64,000 nt of DNA, from the NCBI GenBank assembly GCA_017609985.1, contig JAFCCW010000001.1, positions 116,189 through 180,188 on the forward strand, written 5' to 3'. The notes under the pieces are model-generated. The model was not told where the DNA came from and made no database searches. It saw only the letters and a program-made list of their open reading frames with translations. Numbering within the stretch: the first letter of the stretch is position 1; every line of letters begins with the position of its first letter. This document shows, in pieces, positions 62,167-64,000 of the stretch. Position numbers and translations under genes: made by a program. The DNA is from Candidatus Iainarchaeum sp. (GTDB taxonomy: Archaea > Iainarchaeota > Iainarchaeia > Iainarchaeales > JAFCCW01).

Positions 62167-64000
62167 TTATTTTATCTTTCTTCTGCCAACAATTTTTGTT
62201 ATTTTATCCAATTCTTCGTGAATCTTTTTTTCAGATTTAACAAATGTATTGTCCTCCAACAAGCCATTTGAATGCAGTTTCTTCAATTCTTTCAATGCTT
62301 TTTTCAATTCCTCGCTTTCTTTAAGCAATTCTGGCTTAGTTTTCAGAACTTTTGTAATCTCCGCAAGCTTTTTTCCTATTGCTTTTTTTGATTCATTGAA
62401 AGCCTCTTCAGGCAAGAGTTTTTTTGAATGCATTTCCTTTAATGCTTCAAAGTTTTTTTGCAATTCTGCTTTTTTCTTTAGCAACTGCTTCTTTGTCTTT
62501 AAACTGAGGTCTTTTAAACCCTCTAATTCTTTTTCCTGCTCTGCAACTTTTTTATCTACAGCTTCAAATTCGTTTCCTAAAACAAGCATTTTCTCTTTTT
62601 TATGGACATCTTTCCCAATGTTTGCTTTTTTTACTGCATTATCTTTTATTGCATTTTCTTTGGTTTCATCAGCTTTTGCCTTTGCTTCAGCACTGGTTTT
62701 TTTTTCATTTGCGTCTTTAACCTTATTTTTTGTTATCTTTTCTCTTGAAACAATCATATCTTCAATCTTCTTTTTCCAAGCAAAACTATCACTTAATTCT
62801 TTCAGTTCAAATGTAAAAATTTCCTCTTCTTCCCTGTCCCTTGCATTGACTACAACACCGAATGTTTTCCCGGTTATTTCAATATTCTTTATTTCAAATA
62901 CTTCCTCTGGTTCAGAGTTTAACTTTTTCTTTGCTTTTGATTTCATTAAACTTATTTTCCTGTGAACCTTCTTTCTTCTCTTGGCAAAGAATACTATTAA
63001 AGCGAACAGTGCTATTGCAATAACAGCGACAAAAAACCATTTGCTTGGGAATATCCAAACAGTAAACGGCTTTTCAGGAGCATGAACTATTACAAGAAGC
63101 TCTTTGAATAACTTGTTTTCTCCATTATCTGCAAATATTAAACCATCCCTGCTTTTAACTGTTAAAACAAGATTTTGCACTCCACTCCGATAAGAAGTTT
63201 TTACTTTAAATTTTAATCTTTTCTGTTGCCCAGCTTTAAGCAACAAACAAGTCTTGTTTTTTTCAATTTCCCAATCAAGAGGAGTAAGCAGTGAAACATC
63301 CAAATTCAAATCCCTTAGACTATTGTTGAACAGCACAACATCAATTTCTCCAGAGCCTCCAACCATCATTCTTGAAATGTGAATATTTCTAAATCTTATC
63401 TCTGCCAAGCTTTTCTTCATAACTCTTAAAACACTTTTCACTTCCTCAGAATCATTTTTGCTTAAAACCTTAAATTTAATTAAATGGTCTTTAACCTCTG
63501 CATTTAAAGGAACAGAAACTTTTACAATAAATGAAACCTCCTCATTAGGAGCTAAAGAAAACTTATCCTGCTCAACCGCATACCACTCTAAAAGCAATCC
63601 ATCAATGCTTAACTTTAAATCTGTTAAATTTCCTTCCCCCACATTTCTTGCTTTAACCAAAAAGAATTCAACTGCTTCCTGCTTTACAACCATCTCGCTT
63701 GGAAACTCTTCAATAGAAATTTTTCCAACAAGCCCAGGCAAAGTAATTAAAGCACTTGCACCGCCTCCACTTCCTGACCCGTTGCCTGTGTCAATGTCCG
63801 GCTCTGTTTCTTCTTCAGATTCATCTGTTGCAACAAACTGTCTTGAAGCAGCACTTGTTTCAGCTCCATAATAAACCTTTACCTTAAACCAATATGTCCC
63901 AGCTGAAGCAACACTCAAGTTCAAATCAGTATTCCAACTTTCCCCTGCAACAATAAACTTTGCTCCTGAAGCATAACTTTCATCATCACCCCTGCCACAC
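62167..64000 (-). CDS. Surface protein with CARDB/COG1470-like beta-sandwich repeats, one TM and a cytoplasmic coiled-coil tail with two SHOCT-like repeats (5' end outside window)
   Basis: Frame stays open to nt 64000. TM WFFVAVIAIALFALIVFFAKRRKK. Tail repeats LKEMHSKKLLPEEAF... and LKKLHSNGLLEDNTF... Confidence 0.7.
   Translation of the reverse strand, partial: CGRGDDESYASGAKFIVAGESWNTDLNLSVASAGTYWFKVKVYYGAETSAASRQFVATDESEEETEPDIDTGNGSGSGGGASALITLPGLVGKISIEEFPSEMVVKQEAVEFFLVKARNVGEGNLTDLKLSIDGLLLEWYAVEQDKFSLAPNEEVSFIVKVSVPLNAEVKDHLIKFKVLSKNDSEEVKSVLRVMKKSLAEIRFRNIHISRMMVGGSGEIDVVLFNNSLRDLNLDVSLLTPLDWEIEKNKTCLLLKAGQQKRLKFKVKTSYRSGVQNLVLTVKSRDGLIFADNGENKLFKELLVIVHAPEKPFTVWIFPSKWFFVAVIAIALFALIVFFAKRRKKVHRKISLMKSKAKKKLNSEPEEVFEIKNIEITGKTFGVVVNARDREEEEIFTFELKELSDSFAWKKKIEDMIVSREKITKNKVKDANEKKTSAEAKAKADETKENAIKDNAVKKANIGKDVHKKEKMLVLGNEFEAVDKKVAEQEKELEGLKDLSLKTKKQLLKKKAELQKNFEALKEMHSKKLLPEEAFNESKKAIGKKLAEITKVLKTKPELLKESEELKKALKELKKLHSNGLLEDNTFVKSEKKIHEELDKITKIVGRRKIK

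Noticed and set aside
1-64000. Search by eye for tRNA T-loop/acceptor signatures (GGTTCGAATCC-like), rRNA, CRISPR repeat-spacer periodicity, and transposase, integrase or IS inverted repeats
   Set aside because: None found. All gaps are 240 bp or shorter and are explained by promoters or terminators. A covariance-model scan (tRNAscan-SE/Infernal) would be needed to exclude small ncRNAs.

Overview
Archaeal chromosome segment, moderately AT-rich. It shows strong GGTG/GGAGG ribosome-binding sites, many 1-4 nt stop/start overlaps, and TTTAAATA boxes about 25 nt upstream of several ATGs. Archaeal identity follows from gene content: archaeal-type PGK, DtdA, Taw1/TYW1, Elp3, ABCE1, Pelota, geranylgeranyl reductase and class III (QxSxE) signal-peptide pilins. 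The lineage cannot be fixed from sequence alone; it looks like an uncultivated small-genome archaeon with several bacterial-type enzymes. Blocks: (1) 1-8093 is one operon holding almost the whole archaeal anhydromevalonate-phosphate mevalonate pathway. (2) 8.1-21 kb holds mixed housekeeping and hypothetical genes, including a ferredoxin-GGR pair, hypC and an orphan NuoC-like hydrogenase subunit. (3) 22.1-25.1 kb is an ArsR-controlled (organo)arsenical/thiol-redox island in which two genes carry several frame-disrupting lesions. (4) 25.3-31.7 kb is an Ech/Mbh-like group 4 [NiFe]-hydrogenase operon with hycI and hypA. (5) 32-37.6 kb holds sugar-phosphate and lower-glycolysis genes. (6) 37.7-50.8 kb is an Epd/Tad-like type IV pilus locus. 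Its ATPase is interrupted by a 437-aa Ala1 (KlbA-type) intein carrying LAGLIDADG and XRE-HTH modules. The locus also has two platform proteins, four tandem ~55-aa mini-pilins (two absent from the ORF track), a prepilin peptidase and six more pilin-like genes. (7) 50.9-64 kb holds ABCE1, a RelE-type TA pair, Pelota, Elp3, a membrane-anchored Hjc-like nuclease pair and large surface proteins. I recognised no rRNA, tRNA, CRISPR array, transposase or integrase. All calls rest on by-eye motif recognition and synteny; no searches were run.
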